Shown here one piece after another: positions 1-14,216 of a DNA stretch of 64,000 bases. This DNA is from Lepidodermella squamata (lineage: Eukaryota > Animalia > Gastrotricha). The notes beneath the pieces were generated by a model that was given only the letters and a program-made list of their open reading frames with translations, had not been told where the DNA came from and ran no database searches. Where the stretch lies: assembly GCA_047495785.1 (NCBI GenBank), contig JBLDXI010000029.1, forward strand, positions 2,294,001 through 2,358,000, given 5' to 3'. The translations under genes and the position numbers were made by a program. How positions within the stretch are numbered: position 1 is the stretch's first letter; each line of letters begins with the position of its first letter.

Positions 1-1169
1 CTGCAATACCTGGTTGTAGCCGGGTTTCTGACCGAGAGTGAGACCAAGATCTTGGAAAATGCGACTGTGGCGAGGTACATGGTTCCGCTGGCTTGGTGCG
101 CGGCTCTGGTGAAGCGTGCCCGAATCAAGGAGAACCGAATTGATGAAGACATCGGCTACAACGCGATCGTAGAACAGATCGACAAAATTCGATCAAAATG
201 TGGAATGTGTGTGATTGAGATTTTTTTCTCGAATTTTAGCAATTTTTTATAGGCTCATCTACTACAATGCTAATCCTGTTCCACTAGCCTATATCCACGT
301 CGTTGTTTTGGCTGTGTATTCGTTTTTTACCACGGTTTGTCCATCTTAAAGAATCGAAATTTCAAGCATTTTTTTATTGAATTAGGCGGCAATGGCTGGT
401 AGCCACCGGTCTCAAACCGATGAAATTCACGATTCACTACTTCAAGGCGCATCTCTCGTTGAAATTCTATTGGTCAGGCTGTTGTCTGAGCTAATCACTC
501 TGTTGCAGTTCGCAATCTGCGCCGGGATGTTGGCCGCAACTGAATCGCTAATTTGCCCGTTCGGCAACAACGACGGCGATTTTGAAACCGACGAAATCGT
601 GAAGCGACACCTGAGCATCGCCTACCTCATCGTCGATGATATGCATTCGCTGATTCCGCAACTGTCTTCGTTGGACGACCCAAGCAGTGTTTCGAAGAGT
701 ACTGAAACTTTGGATGATAATCGCAGCCGAACTTTCATCACGATGAAGTCGGTTTCTGTTGCTAGCCGCGATCCTAGTCGTCAAGCTTCAGTCATGGTGA
801 GAACTCGTTTTTTTTATTTAATTTTTAAATTTTTTGATCTTTATTCAGCAAAATCATTCTCTCGATGACGAAGATGGCCTGGAATTGCTGTACCGTCTAT
901 CTGGAATTGAGAACCTGGGTCGCAATGGCCGAATTCGGCAGCGTTTCCTGAGGTGGTTGCGGCGGATTCCTCTCCTTCGATCCATTTTCTCATTCCGCGC
1001 CCCTCGGGACAGCTACAACCCGACTCCGGAACCGACATTTGTGCCGCTGAACCAACAGACCCAGCGACCATCAGTGCATTCGACCTCGTACCCTAACTCA
1101 AACACACCTCCCTCGTCGAACACTCCACCAACTTTGTTGCGATTGCTTAGTTTCCGTCGCATTAATTAA
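1..1169 (+). CDS. Bestrophin-family channel, copy 1 (5' end outside window)
   Basis: Spliced exons give LVVAGFLT, NPVPLAYIHVVVLAVYSFF and CPFGNNDGDFETDEIVKRH, which are bestrophin hallmarks. Ends LLSFRRIN*. Confidence 0.88.
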
Positions 1170-1448
1170 ACGCGACCTTAATTTTTTGTTTTGATTATAA
1201 ACAAATCGTGATTATTTCTGATGGACTGATTTTAAGCTAAACTCGACCGAATAAATTTGTTGCATTTTTTGAACCAGTTTCTCCCCGCTACCTAATAATT
1301 ACTTTCGAGTATAACATGGAAAACTGACGAAGTAGTAATTAGCTCCAACACGCGCACGTGAGACTACATCAGGGTGAACAAGAGCGGCAATATAACTGTC
1401 ATGTTAACATCTGAGATTTATATCTGCTACATGAAATAGTTCCAAAAC

Positions 1449-3175
1449 ATGACTATTGAGTACACTAATGCTACCCATACAGCCAGGGCTTATGGATTTC
1501 TGCGATTGCTATTCCTCTGGCGAGGGTCTGTTTACAAATTGATTGCATTTGAGCTGTTTCTATACGTCACGATCAACTTCGCAATACTTACAATATACAC
1601 ATTTGTGTTGAATGATGCGCAGAGGGAGATTTACAGTTTATTCAGCCTTAAAATCGCGAAACTACAGAGTTACCTCCTGACACCGGCTATTTTCTGCCTC
1701 GGCCTTTTCATGCAAATCTGTTACCGGCGCTTTTGGACCAATTTCCAGCAGATACCCTGGCCGAATGGCTTTGCGTTCTACGTTGCAAGCTATGTGGAAG
1801 GTCGCGACGAGAGGAGCAGGAGACTGAAGCGGACCCTTGTCAGATACGCAGTTGCATCCATCGTTTTGACCTTGACATGCGTATCGCGACGGATCTATGT
1901 TATCTTTCCCGAATTAGAGTTCATGGTAGCTGCAGGGTTCCTAACTGACGATGAAGCGGAGCTGCTGAAAGATGTGAAAACTTCGCACAGGTTAGTAACA
2001 TTAAGGAGGAATTCGTTAAAGATTTGCTCAAATTACAGGCATATGGTTGTACTATCCTGGTGTGCTTTGCTTCTGCGACATGCCCGGAAGAACTTGGGAC
2101 TGATCTCGGAAGACTATGGCTACAACGCCGTGATGGAAGAAGTCGATGCGATCCGGAACAAGTGTCGAAGGTAAATAACTTTCTAGAACCCACAGTCTAA
2201 CCTATAAGGATCTTCATAAGGTTGATCACCTTCGAGCTCGCGCCAATTCCGCTAGCTTACATCCACACCGTTGTGTTGGCCGTTTACAGCTTCTTCGGAG
2301 CTGCAGCGATTTCGTGCAGCCATCGCCAAGAGACAAAGTCTCTGCACAAAACTCTGGTTGAATCAGACCCCAGTGAACAATGGATTATCTTAATGTTCGG
2401 GGAGATAATAACCATCTTGCAATACGTGATCTGTACCGGCTTGTTGGCTGCTAGCGAGTTGCTGCTGTCGCCTTTCAGCGAGAATGAGAACGCGATTGAG
2501 ACAGATAGCATACTGAAAATTCATCTTCAAATCGGCTATCTGATGGTTGATGACTCGTTTCAATCTATGCCTGATCTAACTGGCTATAGTAGACCGCCTT
2601 CAGTAAATTTTTCGATTAGCAGCGATTCTTCTGAAGAGGAATCATCGGATGAAGATGAAGTTGCCGCCATGCCAAACAATCAACCAGCTGCGTCAGTGAT
2701 TCTGGCTTCTTTTAGACCAAGAGCGTTAACTTGGGTATAGCATTTTCTTTATTTCGTTACCGTTTGAATGTAGATGACATCAATATAGAGCATCAACGAA
2801 AGTGACGAAAGCGAAGAACAGCCCCAACAAACAGCGACAGAACAACTGATCAGGGCGAGGACATCTTCACAAGTAAGGAGAAGGTCTCTAAGCGCGAGTC
2901 GACGCAGTTCCACTACGAGCAGCGAGTCATGTTGGGAGCGTTTTATTAAGATGGTTCGGAAGTTATGCACCTTCAACCGGCAACCTGCCCAAGCGCAACA
3001 GATTCCAATGAAAACAAACTTCAAGCGGGCTTCTACGCCTCGAGGAAGCGACAGCAGTGGTCCTGTTATCAAGATTAATCATCGTCCGGATCACCTCACG
3101 GTTTCAGGTCGTCGGTATTTGAGAGCAAATAGAATGAGCTTGGACCGAATATTGACATTTAGGGAGATGAACTAA
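1449..3175 (+). CDS. Bestrophin-family channel, copy 2
   Basis: MTIEY..., LLFLWRGSVYK, IPWP, RTLVRY, PIPLAY, SPFSENENAIE. Exons approx. 1449-1990, 2039-2170, 2221-2734, 2789-3175. Confidence 0.92.
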
Positions 3176-3461
3176 CGCTGATTAAAAAATGCAATTCTTA
3201 CCGACACGTTGCTCCTTTTGTTTTGAGTTCTAATTTAAGCATTACGGTAAATGAAAGGAATATATGCTCGTGCTCAATATGGTTTACGTGTAGACCGAAA
3301 AAAACGCAACTCGTTAACCTGGAGCTTTTGATAGTTAAATTGCTACCTTTTGCCGATGAATTATTCTCACCTGGTGATAACCCTAAAAGCATGAGAGGCT
3401 CGGGTATAATTTGTTGACATTGACGGTTTCACACTTATGCAACATATTGTAGCAAGCTACA

Positions 3462-5139
3462 ATGGCTGTTAGCTACAACAAAGAGGTGCACACAGCCAGG
3501 CCATTCGGGTTCCTCCGTCTGCTGTATCGATGGCGCGGGTCTGTTTTCAAGCTGATAGTGTACGAGCTTTTCCTCTATGTCATCATTACCTTTGCCTTCC
3601 CTTTCATCTACATGTTCCTATTGGATGGAGAGCAGCAAGAAAACTTTAATTTGTTCGGGCAGTACCTTGCTAAGCTTCAAAGCTACATCTTGACGCCTGC
3701 AATCTTTTGCCTCGGTCTATTCATGCAAATTTGCTACCGGAGATACTGGAACAGCTTTCAAACTGTTCCTTGGCCTTCGGGCTTTGCGTTTTACGTTGCG
3801 AGCTACGTCGAGGGCACTAATAAGAGGAGTCGACAGATTCGCCGGACCCTTGTTCGCTACGCCGTGGCTTCTATCGTCCTTACGTTAACTTGTGTTTCGC
3901 GAAGGATGAGCATTATTTTCCCAGACTTGGACTACGTTGTAGCAGCTAAATTTCTGACTCGACAAGAGGCTGATCAGCTGGCCAACGTGAAACCTACTCA
4001 GAGGTTAGCTTAGCTGAAATTTACTGGGTACATGAAAGTAAAAACTCTATTCGCATAGGCACATGGTTGCACTGTCGTGGTGTGCTTTATTGCTCAAAAA
4101 CGCAAGAGAAAAATATGGCTTGATTGTCGAAGATCATGGCTACAATGCAGTTTTCGATCAACTCGATCAGATCAGAAATAAATGCCGAAGGTAACTTATA
4201 TTACCCGTGGACATAAACCACTTGAAATTAAGCATTTTTCCAATTCAGGCTGATCACGTTGGAATTAGCTCCGTTGCCTCTAGCTTATATCCAAACTGTC
4301 GTCCTAGCCGTTTATAGTTTCTTCATTACAGCTGCGTTAACGTGTAGCCATCGAAACGAAACATACTCCCTTCACAAAGAACTTGCAAAGGCTGATCTCA
4401 GGGAGCAGTTTTTGGTCCTAATCAGCGGCGAGCTTATAACCATTGGCCAATTTACTGTTTGCGTGGGAATGGTTGCGACCAGTCAAATGTTGCTTTCGCC
4501 ATTCGGAATGGATGACAGCGCGATTGAAACTGATAACATTTTGAAAATCCACCTTGAGATTTGCTACCTAATTGTGGATGGTATGTTCGATTCCATGCCC
4601 GATTACGCAGCTCAATCAGCTGCTCCAAGCCGGAGGCATTCGATGGCTCCGTCCTACGATGACGGAGAAGAGCCAGCATTGTTTCCTGATCATGGTGTTG
4701 GAATGGCTACATTCCGACCAAGAGCTCTGACTTGGGTAATTTGACATATCTATGACTTTTAATTTATAAGCAGGTGAAATTTTCGCAGACAATGGATGAG
4801 CTAAATGAAGATTTGGAGAGGACTGAACAACAAAGGCGTCAGTTCTCTAGGATGTCATCAGCTGGATCAACCCTTCAAGAATTGGATTTCGAGCCCTCAG
4901 AGGAGCTATCCAACTTTATGCAAAGAATGCGCCGTCGGCTTAGCTCCATGTCGAGCAACTCGAGAAGAGGATCGCTGACTAGCGTGGCACTAGAAGACTT
5001 TTCATCGCACGCTCTCAATCAACATCATCAACATACGATGCCGATCAAGAAACACGCGCATCTATCGATTCGGAAACATCGCATGAGCATTGATGGTATT
5101 AGGGCCTTCCGTGATTTGAATAAACGAGATCATCACTAG
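3462..5139 (+). CDS. Bestrophin-family channel, copy 3
   Basis: MAVSY..., RWRGSVFK, VPWP, PLPLAYIQTVVLAVYSFF, SPFGMDDSAIE. Same three intron positions as copy 2. Confidence 0.92.
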
Positions 5140-5365
5140 ATGAATTGTTCATACTTGATGACTTTTAAGCTTTTGACGCGCTTTATTTGTAGTTAATGTC
5201 ACTGCCTGCGGGCAGACTGTCGTCTCATGACTTGCATTGATGTCCTAGCAGCTTGTTTTGCTTCCTAGCCCGGGGTTATTTTTCCCCGCTGTCTTTAAAA
5301 TATATGGCAAAACGCTTCCTCATTCTAGCACAGATAAGAGCTATAACCACACCGGCTCCTCAAAA

Positions 5366-7037
5366 ATGGTTGTTGGATATAACAACGAGCTGAACTCGCT
5401 CGCGCCTTTCCGATTTTTAAGGGTTCTTTTTCGATGGCATGGGTCCGTATTCAAGCTTATCGCTTACGAGTTGTTCATATACGTCATAATCAATTTTGCC
5501 ATTCTTTTCATATACCTTTTGCTACCAGACGAGGAGCATCGAGAAAACTTCAATCTATTCGGTCAATATCTTGCCAGGCTATCTACTTATATTCTAACAC
5601 CGACAATTTTCTGCCTCGGCCTGTTCATGCAAATTTGTTACCGAAGATATTGGAACAGTTTTCAAGCAGTACCTTGGCCGACGGGTTTCGCATTCTTTGT
5701 GGCAAGTTATGTAGAAGGAGATGACGCTAGAAGTCGGAAACTACGAAGAACATTAGTTCGATACGCCGTAGCCTCTATCGTCCTAACGATGAAATGCGTA
5801 TCAAGAAGAATGAACGTCATGTTCCCAGATCTGGATTTTATTGTCGCAGCTAAATTTCTGACGCGCCAGGAAGCAGACATGCTACAGGACGTGAAAGCAA
5901 CTCAAAGGTTGGCAAAATCAAACTTATATATAGCACAAAACGAAAAATTTTCATCTGTAAAGGCATATGGTTGTATTAACTTGGTGCGGAATTTTGCTGA
6001 AGAAGGCTCGGCTGATGAACCTGATAGAAGAAGATTTCGGCTACAATGCGGTTTTTGAACAGATGGATGAAATTCGTAACAAATGTCGCAGGTGATTCTT
6101 CATGCAAAAACTCAGTGCATAATAACAATTTTTTCAAACCAGGCTCATTACTCTCGAATTGGCTCCCTTGCCGTTGGCCTATATCCACACAGTTGTTCTT
6201 GCAGTGTATAGCTTTTTTATCACAGCTGCTCTAACTTGCAGTCATCGGCAAGAGACCAACAACCTTCACAAAGACCTTGCTCTAGCAGAAATGAGTGAAC
6301 AATGGGTGGTCTTGATCGTCGGCGAACTCATTACTATTTCCCAATTCACGGTATGCGTTGGCATCGTAGCTGCCAGCCAAATGCTTCTCTCGCCGTTTGG
6401 ATCTAGCGATAGCGCAATTGAAATCGACAACATTTTGAAAATTCATCTCGAAATTTGTTATCTGATAGTTGATGGAATGACCGAGGCGATGCCAGATGTA
6501 TTAACCGACGAGAATAGATCTTCCGCTTACAACCTACACACAGAAACTAGAGATAAAGCTTTGTTTCCTCAACATGGCCAAGGAATGGCTATCTTTCGGC
6601 CGCGAGCCCTTGCTTGGGTATTGATTTTTAAAGCTAATTTGACATTTTATTATTTGTCTCATTAACAGTCAATCGACGAAGCGAATGAGGATGAAGAAAC
6701 TATCTTGGAGCTGGAAAGGGCTGCGATACTTTCGACAAAATTGTTCCGAATATCATCTGCAGGCTCTCAAATGGCTGAGCTTAATACCGAGCCTCAGGTC
6801 AAAAAGTCATTCTGTGCAAGAATTTGTCAAAGATTGAGTTCGATATGCCAACGCCGTCGAGACACAAGACCAGCTGAGACTCAAATAGCTGAGATTCCTT
6901 TGCAGCCAGTGAGCTCACTGCCCACTGATCAAAATATGCGACGGCGGCCTCCGCCGGTCCCAGTATTCAAGCACCGATCTATGCGCAAGAACCGAATAAG
7001 CATTGATGGGATAATTACATTTCGGGATCTGAACTAG
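5366..7037 (+). CDS. Bestrophin-family channel, copy 4
   Basis: ATG at 5366 (MVVGYN) aligns with paralog starts. RWHGSVFK, VPWP, PLPLAY, SPFGSSDSAIE. Ends ITFRDLN*. Confidence 0.92.
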
Positions 7038-7204
7038 AATCTCACGACTTGTGAACTTTAACGTCTGCACCAAACAATAAAGCACGATGACATCTGAATG
7101 CCGGGGCTATTAACACGCTTCAACCGTCAACAGGCAAACAGCCCGGGGCTAGCCCAATTTTGAAAACGAAATCTTTTATCATAAGCTAATTATTTATTTT
7201 GACA

Positions 7205-8785
7205 ATGACAGTTGATTACAATTCGCCATTTCACACAGCTAGATTCCTAGGCTTTCTCGGGTTGCTGTTCCGATGGAAAGGATCTGTCTTCAAAGTTATT
7301 GCTGCAGAAGTGTTCATATACACCCTGATTTACTCCACCATCTTATGCCTCTACATTTTCCTAATGACTGACGAGCAGAGGCAGCTGTACAATCTAGTCG
7401 GGGAGAAACTTGCCAGGGTATCTGGCTACGTTTTAGCGCCGGCTATTTTCTGCTTAGGATTCTTCATGCAAATTTGCCACAAACGATTTTGGACCAATTT
7501 TGAACTAATCCCATGGCCAAACGCGTTTGCGTTTTATGTATCCAGCTACATCGAAGGACATCATCCAAGAAGCGCTGAACTTAAGCGAACTCTAGTTCGA
7601 TATGCAGTCGCATCCATAGTACTGACTCTCAACTGTGTTTCGAAAAGAACCCACGACATCTTTCCAAATCTTAAATGCGTGGTTGCTGCGGGATTTCTTA
7701 CTGAGCAGGAGAGCAAGCTACTAAAATCTGCCAAGCCGTCTCATCGGTATCATGAAGGTGTCTTCTTTGATTTCTGATCTCAGTCTTTTGATTTGTAGGC
7801 ATATGGTTGTTTTGTCGTGGTGCAGTATTCTCTTGCATACCGCCCGCCACAAAGTCAGATTGATCGATGATGAACACGGTTACAACGCTGTTCAAGAGCA
7901 TCTTGACGATATCCGGAACAAATGTAGAAGGTTTTAGCTGATGGCTTATGATTACTTCAACTTGAAATTACCGACTATGTTTAGGTTGATCACTTTCGAA
8001 ATGTCCCCGCTTCCATTGGCCTACGTACAAACTGTCGTGTTGGCCGTTTACGCATTCTTCTGTATCGCCGCTGGCGCCGGAACCCATCGCATGGAAACGT
8101 CTGCTCTTTATAAGAAATTCTTAGACAACGCAGATATAACTGAGTTGTGGAATGTTGCTGTACTCGGTGAGGTAATAACCCTGCTGCAGTACGCGATTTG
8201 CACTGGGCTACTCGGCGCGAGTGAGCTCCTGCTTTCACCATTCAGCTACAGTGATAATGCTATTGAAATCGATTACATCTTAAAGCGCCATCTTCAGATT
8301 TGCTACTTCATTGTCGATGAAAAGTTCGATACGGCCCCAGAGATGGCAGATGCTGCGCTGTTTTACTCTTCGGCAGATGAAACCGATGTAAAAGTGCAGG
8401 ATGAAGAAGCCGCAGCTCCAATATCTTGGCGCCCTCGTGCTTCGACATGGGTTGGATTTCATAATAGTTTTATATCCTTTTAAATCTCTGTCTATTGCAG
8501 TCAAGATACCGTCGATCAATCGATCTTCGGTCCTCCTCGCCTGCTTTTGCCGCTTTAAGAGGCATGCTGAGATCTTATTCGAGCACAACTGGTCAGCCTG
8601 CTACAACCAACAATCGGTCATCATTGTTTCAACGTCTCCGACAGAGAATCGCTCGCCACTTACCGGGCCCATTTAGGCCACAGGAGCCGCAACCGACTCG
8701 ATCACGATCGAGGAATTCGCTGCACGGTTCCCATGGCAGTGTTGACAGAATCATCGTGTTTCGTGAACTCAACTTGACACATTAG
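7205..8785 (+). CDS. Bestrophin-family channel, copy 5
   Basis: MTVDY..., RWKGSVFK, IPWP, PLPLAYVQ, SPFSYSDNAIE. Four exons. Confidence 0.92.
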
Positions 8786-9096
8786 TAATAAAGTACGTAA
8801 AGAGCTTAGTAAACGCTATGGGACGGTGGAATAATTTAGCGAACACGAAAAAACAGTCATCGCGTCGCGCTGAAATTACTGTTTAGCTCTGGCCAGTGTA
8901 TCAATATTTTACTTCAATGGACCATTCGGACTTGTGCCGTGCACTGTGTTTGTTGTGAAAGAATAGGCCGTAAAACCGCTGACCTGGAACGAGTGAAGTC
9001 CCAACTTGTGCTTTGTCCCGCGGCTCGTGTTATAAACAATAACACCGTGCAAACACAGTTCCGCGTATTTAATCTTTTTCAGGATTAAGTAAGAAG

Positions 9097-12000
9097 ATGA
9101 CTGTCAGATACAGTGATGCTGTTGCTTCTGCGAAACCATTCCGGTTCTTTAAACTACTGCTACGATGGCGAGGCTCGTTCTACAAATTGATCGTCTACGA
9201 ATTCGCGATTTACTTCGCCATTTACATGTCCCTGAACATCATTCACTCCTTTCTGCTTAATGACGCTTATGAAAGATGGTTTTCGGAGTTTTGCACCCAG
9301 ATCGGCTTCATGTCGGGCTATGTCGTGGCCTCCGTCACTTTTTGCCTCGGCTTCTTCATCCAACAAGTCTATAAGCGATACTGCTATCAATTCTACATGG
9401 TCCCTTGGCCGGATGAATTCGCATTCTTAGTCTCCGTAAACGTCAGGGGACAGGATGTTCGAGGCAGACTCCTCAGGCGAACTATGGTAAGTTTCAATAG
9501 TAGGATTTGAATACCAACCTTAATACCCTTTATCAGGTGCGCTATGCAGTTGCATCAATAATTCTTACCTGGATGATTTTCTCGGAGCGAATGAAAGTTT
9601 TATTTCCAGACCTCGAGTCTCTCGTTGTTGCGGGGTTCCTAACGGAACACGAAATCAGCCTCCTCAAAACAGTTGAAAGGCCTCCATGGCGTCAAATGGT
9701 TGTCGTATCATGGTGTGCTGCAGTAGTAAAGCGGGCCAGAATGGAGAATCGAATCGAAGATGACTTCGCTTATGACGCCGTTTTTACAGCATTGGACAAG
9801 CTCCGAATGAGGGCGAGAAAGTGAGTCCTATTGCCTCCGAATCCTCATTAAATTCAAGGTGATTTTCATATAGGCTTATCCAGCAAAATAACAGGCCTGT
9901 TCAATTGGCCTACGTCCAAACTGTTATAATCGGAGTATTCTCGTTCTTTGTCATGGCAGCAATTGCTGGTAGCCACCGTCTTCAAACCCAGTCTCTTCAC
10001 AAGAAATTTTTAGATGAAAGCAGCCCTGGCGACATTTGGATTCTGCGACTGCTATCACAAGCCGTTACGCTGCTACAATTCGCGATCTGCGCCGGGGTTT
10101 TGGCGATAAGTCGATCACTGCTGATGCCTTTCGGTAAAGATGACTGCAGCATCAATGTAGAAGATATCGTTCGCCGGCACTTGTCGCTGTCTTATCTGAT
10201 TGTGGACGAGCTTCACTGGTACATACCGGAGATGGGTGATGGACTGATAGGCAGTGCAGCGGGTTCAATTTATCAGCGGTCAGATGCCGGCTCTCCAGAC
10301 CCAGCGCATTGGCATCCAACGCTCGAGGTAAACGGAAGCCTTAAAAATCATAAATGTCTTAAAAATGTCTCCGATTTGGGCTCCTTTTATGTTATATCCT
10401 TACATTCTTATATAATCTGGGCTGCAGAAAAAACAATTAATCACTCGATATATTGAAAAATGTTTTGCAGTTTTTCCCTCAGGCTCCTGGTTGGGGTTTT
10501 GCTTCAGACTTTTTATCTATAGAAAGTCTTCTCCCAGAAATTCTGAAAATCAAAGAATAGATTTGGCGAATCAATTAGTCCCAATTAGGTTCCGCTTCCT
10601 GCCAAACTAGCTTCGAAAATTTTGAAAATGGAACTGAGATATTGTTGAAATTTGGCTACGCTAAAAGTTATTCTGTGTTCATTTTAGATTTTTTGAATTT
10701 AAATACAGCGTGTCCCATGAGTTGGGAAACTCTTTCCTAAGTTCTGGCATGAAATTCATATTCTTTCTGTAACTGAGCCTGGTGGGAGCATCCTTCACCT
10801 TTTATCTGCGATATACCTACCGGAAATTGTCTAATTTACCGGAGAATACCCGGTAAACCCGATGGTAAAATTGGTTTGGTAATTTCGGTATTTCACCCGT
10901 GGTGACCCGATTCCTCCGTATTATTTTTGTCCCACTGTAAACGCGTCATACCTAATTAGAGGACCCCGCCCTAATTTCGGCCACTTTTCAGGTTTTCCTA
11001 CTTTGCCAGCCAGTTGAATTTTTAGAAAATATTCGGCAAAAGCAAAATTAAAGACGAGTTCTTAGGCTATCGAATGCCGCTTTCCGCAAGTCCGTACGAT
11101 TTTACCTTGATTTATGGCTAATTTTTTAGTCACCCAGACACCCGGCCGGAATTATGAAGCGGGGTGCCCTAATTTCGGCCACCTCATCCAGGTACACTAA
11201 TACCATAAGTTTGGTATCGTTAGATTCGTCTCAAAAAGCTGACTATAAAAACCGCTTTTGTTGCTTCACCTGTGAGCTTATCCTTGACGACGTGATGCCT
11301 GAAACTCAAACTTGTTTTGACAGGTACAAGTTTGATAGCTTGTTTTCAACTGCGGTTGACTTTCTAAAATTCTGGAAAAATATCTAAAAAATCCCTTGCC
11401 TCCTGTAGAATGAGAGTATCGATTTTGTTTCCCCGAATTCAATTCCACTATTGACTGCTAATTTTTGGAATCGAACCCTCGAAAACACTAAAATTGCCCA
11501 TCTAGATCTCTTCACCTCGGCGGTTTTAGATAGAATTTTTTATACCAAAATGAAGCTGGCGTTTAGCTGGTAATTATTGAGGTGAAAGCAGTAAATTGTA
11601 AAGATCCAGTTTCAGCTAAATTATACCTGCAAAGTAGCGGTAACAGAGCACTCGAGAAGCGACATAAGCCCGCTCGCTCGCATTTAGAATTATTTTTTGC
11701 GATCACGTGCTTGAAAAATCATGAAACAGATGGGCTCAACAATGCAAATTTCTTGAATTGCATGCAAATAAAACTGCTGCACAGCACTTCGTGCCCAAAT
11801 TTCGGCCGGCGGCCGAAGTTAGGACGCAGCGGCCGAATTTAGGAAGTGGCCGGAATTAGGGCGGGGTCCTCTATTTTTCTCATGGCATTTTGGAATTTTT
11901 CTGACCATGTGGGATGATACATCGTGTCCCAAAATTCGCGCAACTATTTTTTTATTTGGCAAATTTTTTTAGGAAATTAAACTAATTGTTTCAAATTAAA

Positions 12001-12687
12001 CCTACCGAAAGATTATTCCTTTTTATCAGCGATTTAACCGAAGAAATTACAAATTTACCGGAGAAAACCTGAAAAATCCCGGTTATTCGGTAATTTTCGG
12101 TATTTTACCCGGTTGGACCATGTTTCTCCGGAATTTTTTAACGACTTTAGCAAGTGACTTTCTGGATTACCATTCTCGTTGATTTTTCTTAAATTCTTCT
12201 GACCATGAAATAAGACTTCGCATCTCATTTTAGAGTTTCCAAACCCTTTTCCGTTCATTTTATATGCTTTCTAACTTACTTATGGATTTCTTATTTACTT
12301 ATGGGACACGCTGTATTTTAGAATTTACGATCCCTCGTCGCTTGCATTTCCTTCATCCTCGACCTTTCGCGTAAAAATCCCGGTGTTGACTTTTCGGTTT
12401 TTAAAATAATTTTTCTTAATTTGAAGCTGAAAAAAATATTTTTTCTCATTATTTTCAATTAGGTACCCTCTCGGATGAGCCTTAGTCAGTACGATCACCA
12501 AGAATTTGGCCGGCCGGGCTACATTCTATCTGTCGCCCCGAAGAAAGGCGACGCGCCTAGCACATCAGCCGCCGAAGCGCAGGTCAAATTCACGCATGGC
12601 CGCAAACAATCGAAAGTCCTGCGGCTGCTAAGTTTCCGCAAACTCAACAGACAAACGCTTCATAAGGAAGATTTCCCGCATTTGTGA
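9097..12687 (+). CDS. Bestrophin-family channel, copy 6
   Basis: MTVRYS..., RWRGSFYK, VPWPD, MPFGKDDCSIN. Last exon (~12463-12687, LLSFRKLN) lies beyond a 2.1-kb transposon-filled intron. Confidence 0.9.
10706..12313. mobile_element. Non-autonomous TIR DNA transposon (Tc1/mariner-like) in the last intron of bestrophin 6
   Basis: TA|CAGCGTGTCCCATGAGT ... ACTTATGGGACACGCTG|TA: near-perfect terminal inverted repeats with TA duplication. No transposase ORF. Related internal sequence at ~19890-19990 and ~27720-27840. Confidence 0.8.
10959..11871. mobile_element. Second TIR element nested inside the first
   Basis: TA|GAGGACCCCGCCCTAATTTCGGCCACTT ... AAGTGGCCGGAATTAGGGCGGGGTCCTC|TA: ~28-bp inverted repeats with TA duplication. 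Confidence 0.82.
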
Positions 12688-14216
12688 CATTTTTGTCATT
12701 ATAAATAACCCGAGGCATTCAATAAAACATGGTCATCGTTTTATATAATCGATTTTGAGCGGGTTTATTTGACTGGCGAAGACGTCTATAACACGCGTCG
12801 TTTTATCTCTTATAACGAATGCTAAAAGCCACGCCAAGCTAAGTAAACAAAAGTGCGGTCTACAACAACCGAAAACAACAAACGTCTATAGTGATATATA
12901 TCACGGCCAGATAGCAATAAATGTATAATGCTGTGTTTTTGGCCCATGCTCGTTTCTTTTATACCTGTGCCAGTGGCCGAAAGCTATGAATGGTACAGCT
13001 GTGCGAATGAGCCTTCGTGGTAATATTACTGCTTTTCGTAGTAGTGGGCCGTGTGTAATAATCGGAGTGCTTCACTATGCTGACGTATAAAAAGAGTTGT
13101 GGCTACGTGATATCAGTTGTAATAAAAATGGCCGATATGGACTAACGACCTATTTCTTCATGATTTCGCACTTCCTTATAGCAATTTCTTGCCGCACTGT
13201 TCGTGCATAAATTATTCAATAGCCGGTGGTGATTTTTTTTTTGAAAATTCTGCTGACTTTTTCTTTTACATTGTACGGCAATTTGTTTTAGGAGTCAGCA
13301 TTTTTATGCATTTTCTCTACACACATAAATTCGCACGTGCCAGTTGATTTATACGCGATAGCAAAAAAACTCACAGCAATCTGAGAGCAGAGGAAAATGG
13401 CAAAACAAAATCTTCTCGAGTTTTCCCTTCTTTATTTTTCAGGTTTTAACGTTAAATTTATCGTAGAAGTAACTCGTTTATATTATTTGACTTTTTCGGC
13501 TGGCGATTAATTACGCAGCCATACATTGCCTTTAATTACTTACAGGATTAATTGTTTACTAGAAAATCGATTGAGTCATCTATAACTGGCCTTAATATAG
13601 ATTCTTTCTTTCAATTACGAATATTAGGAATTTCGGCTGGATTTCCTCAATTACCTTTAATTAACCTCTACGATGAAAGGCTAAATCTTTTGTCGCTAAA
13701 TTAGAATGTTACAGCTAGGTACCCATTTGAATTTTAAAAAATTATTCAAAAATCACAGCTTCAATAAAATTTGTCGATTTTGTTCGCTCGATTTTGAAAT
13801 GAGAACATCAAAAATCCTTGATCTGCACTCCTGGTCTCTAGAATTTTACTGCTTTTTGCAAGCGGTGCAAGCGGAAAAATTTCACGGAGAATAAATTCGT
13901 CACGTGAAAGACTCAAAAAGTTGTTAGTTCAATTAGGTAACAGTTCGCTGTAATTTTTTTTAACACACGGTTATAACAGACCGGGCTTTTTTAATCTGCC
14001 TAAACTTTCTCATTGTTTCTAAACCTCAGCTCGAGCGTAGAAAATTATCTTTATTTTACACATAAATTATCCCGACTCGACTGACGAAACTTTTTGCCTT
14101 TTAACCTGGAATTTTTTTTATCGGTTTCCAGTTACTAAATTGAAGCTTAATTTTTCCGCATCGATTTTGCCTGTATTTTCCATAATTTTCAATAGATAAA
14201 TGTGAATCCTTAAAAA

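Noticed and set aside
5258-5365. ORF-track N-terminal extensions (bestrophin 4 from 5258, bestrophin 8 from 17976, GRHPR2 from 53088)
   Set aside because: Paralog alignment places the starts at 5366, 18108 and 53223.
1449-8785. Bestrophin copies as frameshifted pseudogenes
   Set aside because: Each break coincides with a ~45-65-nt intron at a position shared among paralogs, and splicing restores the frame.
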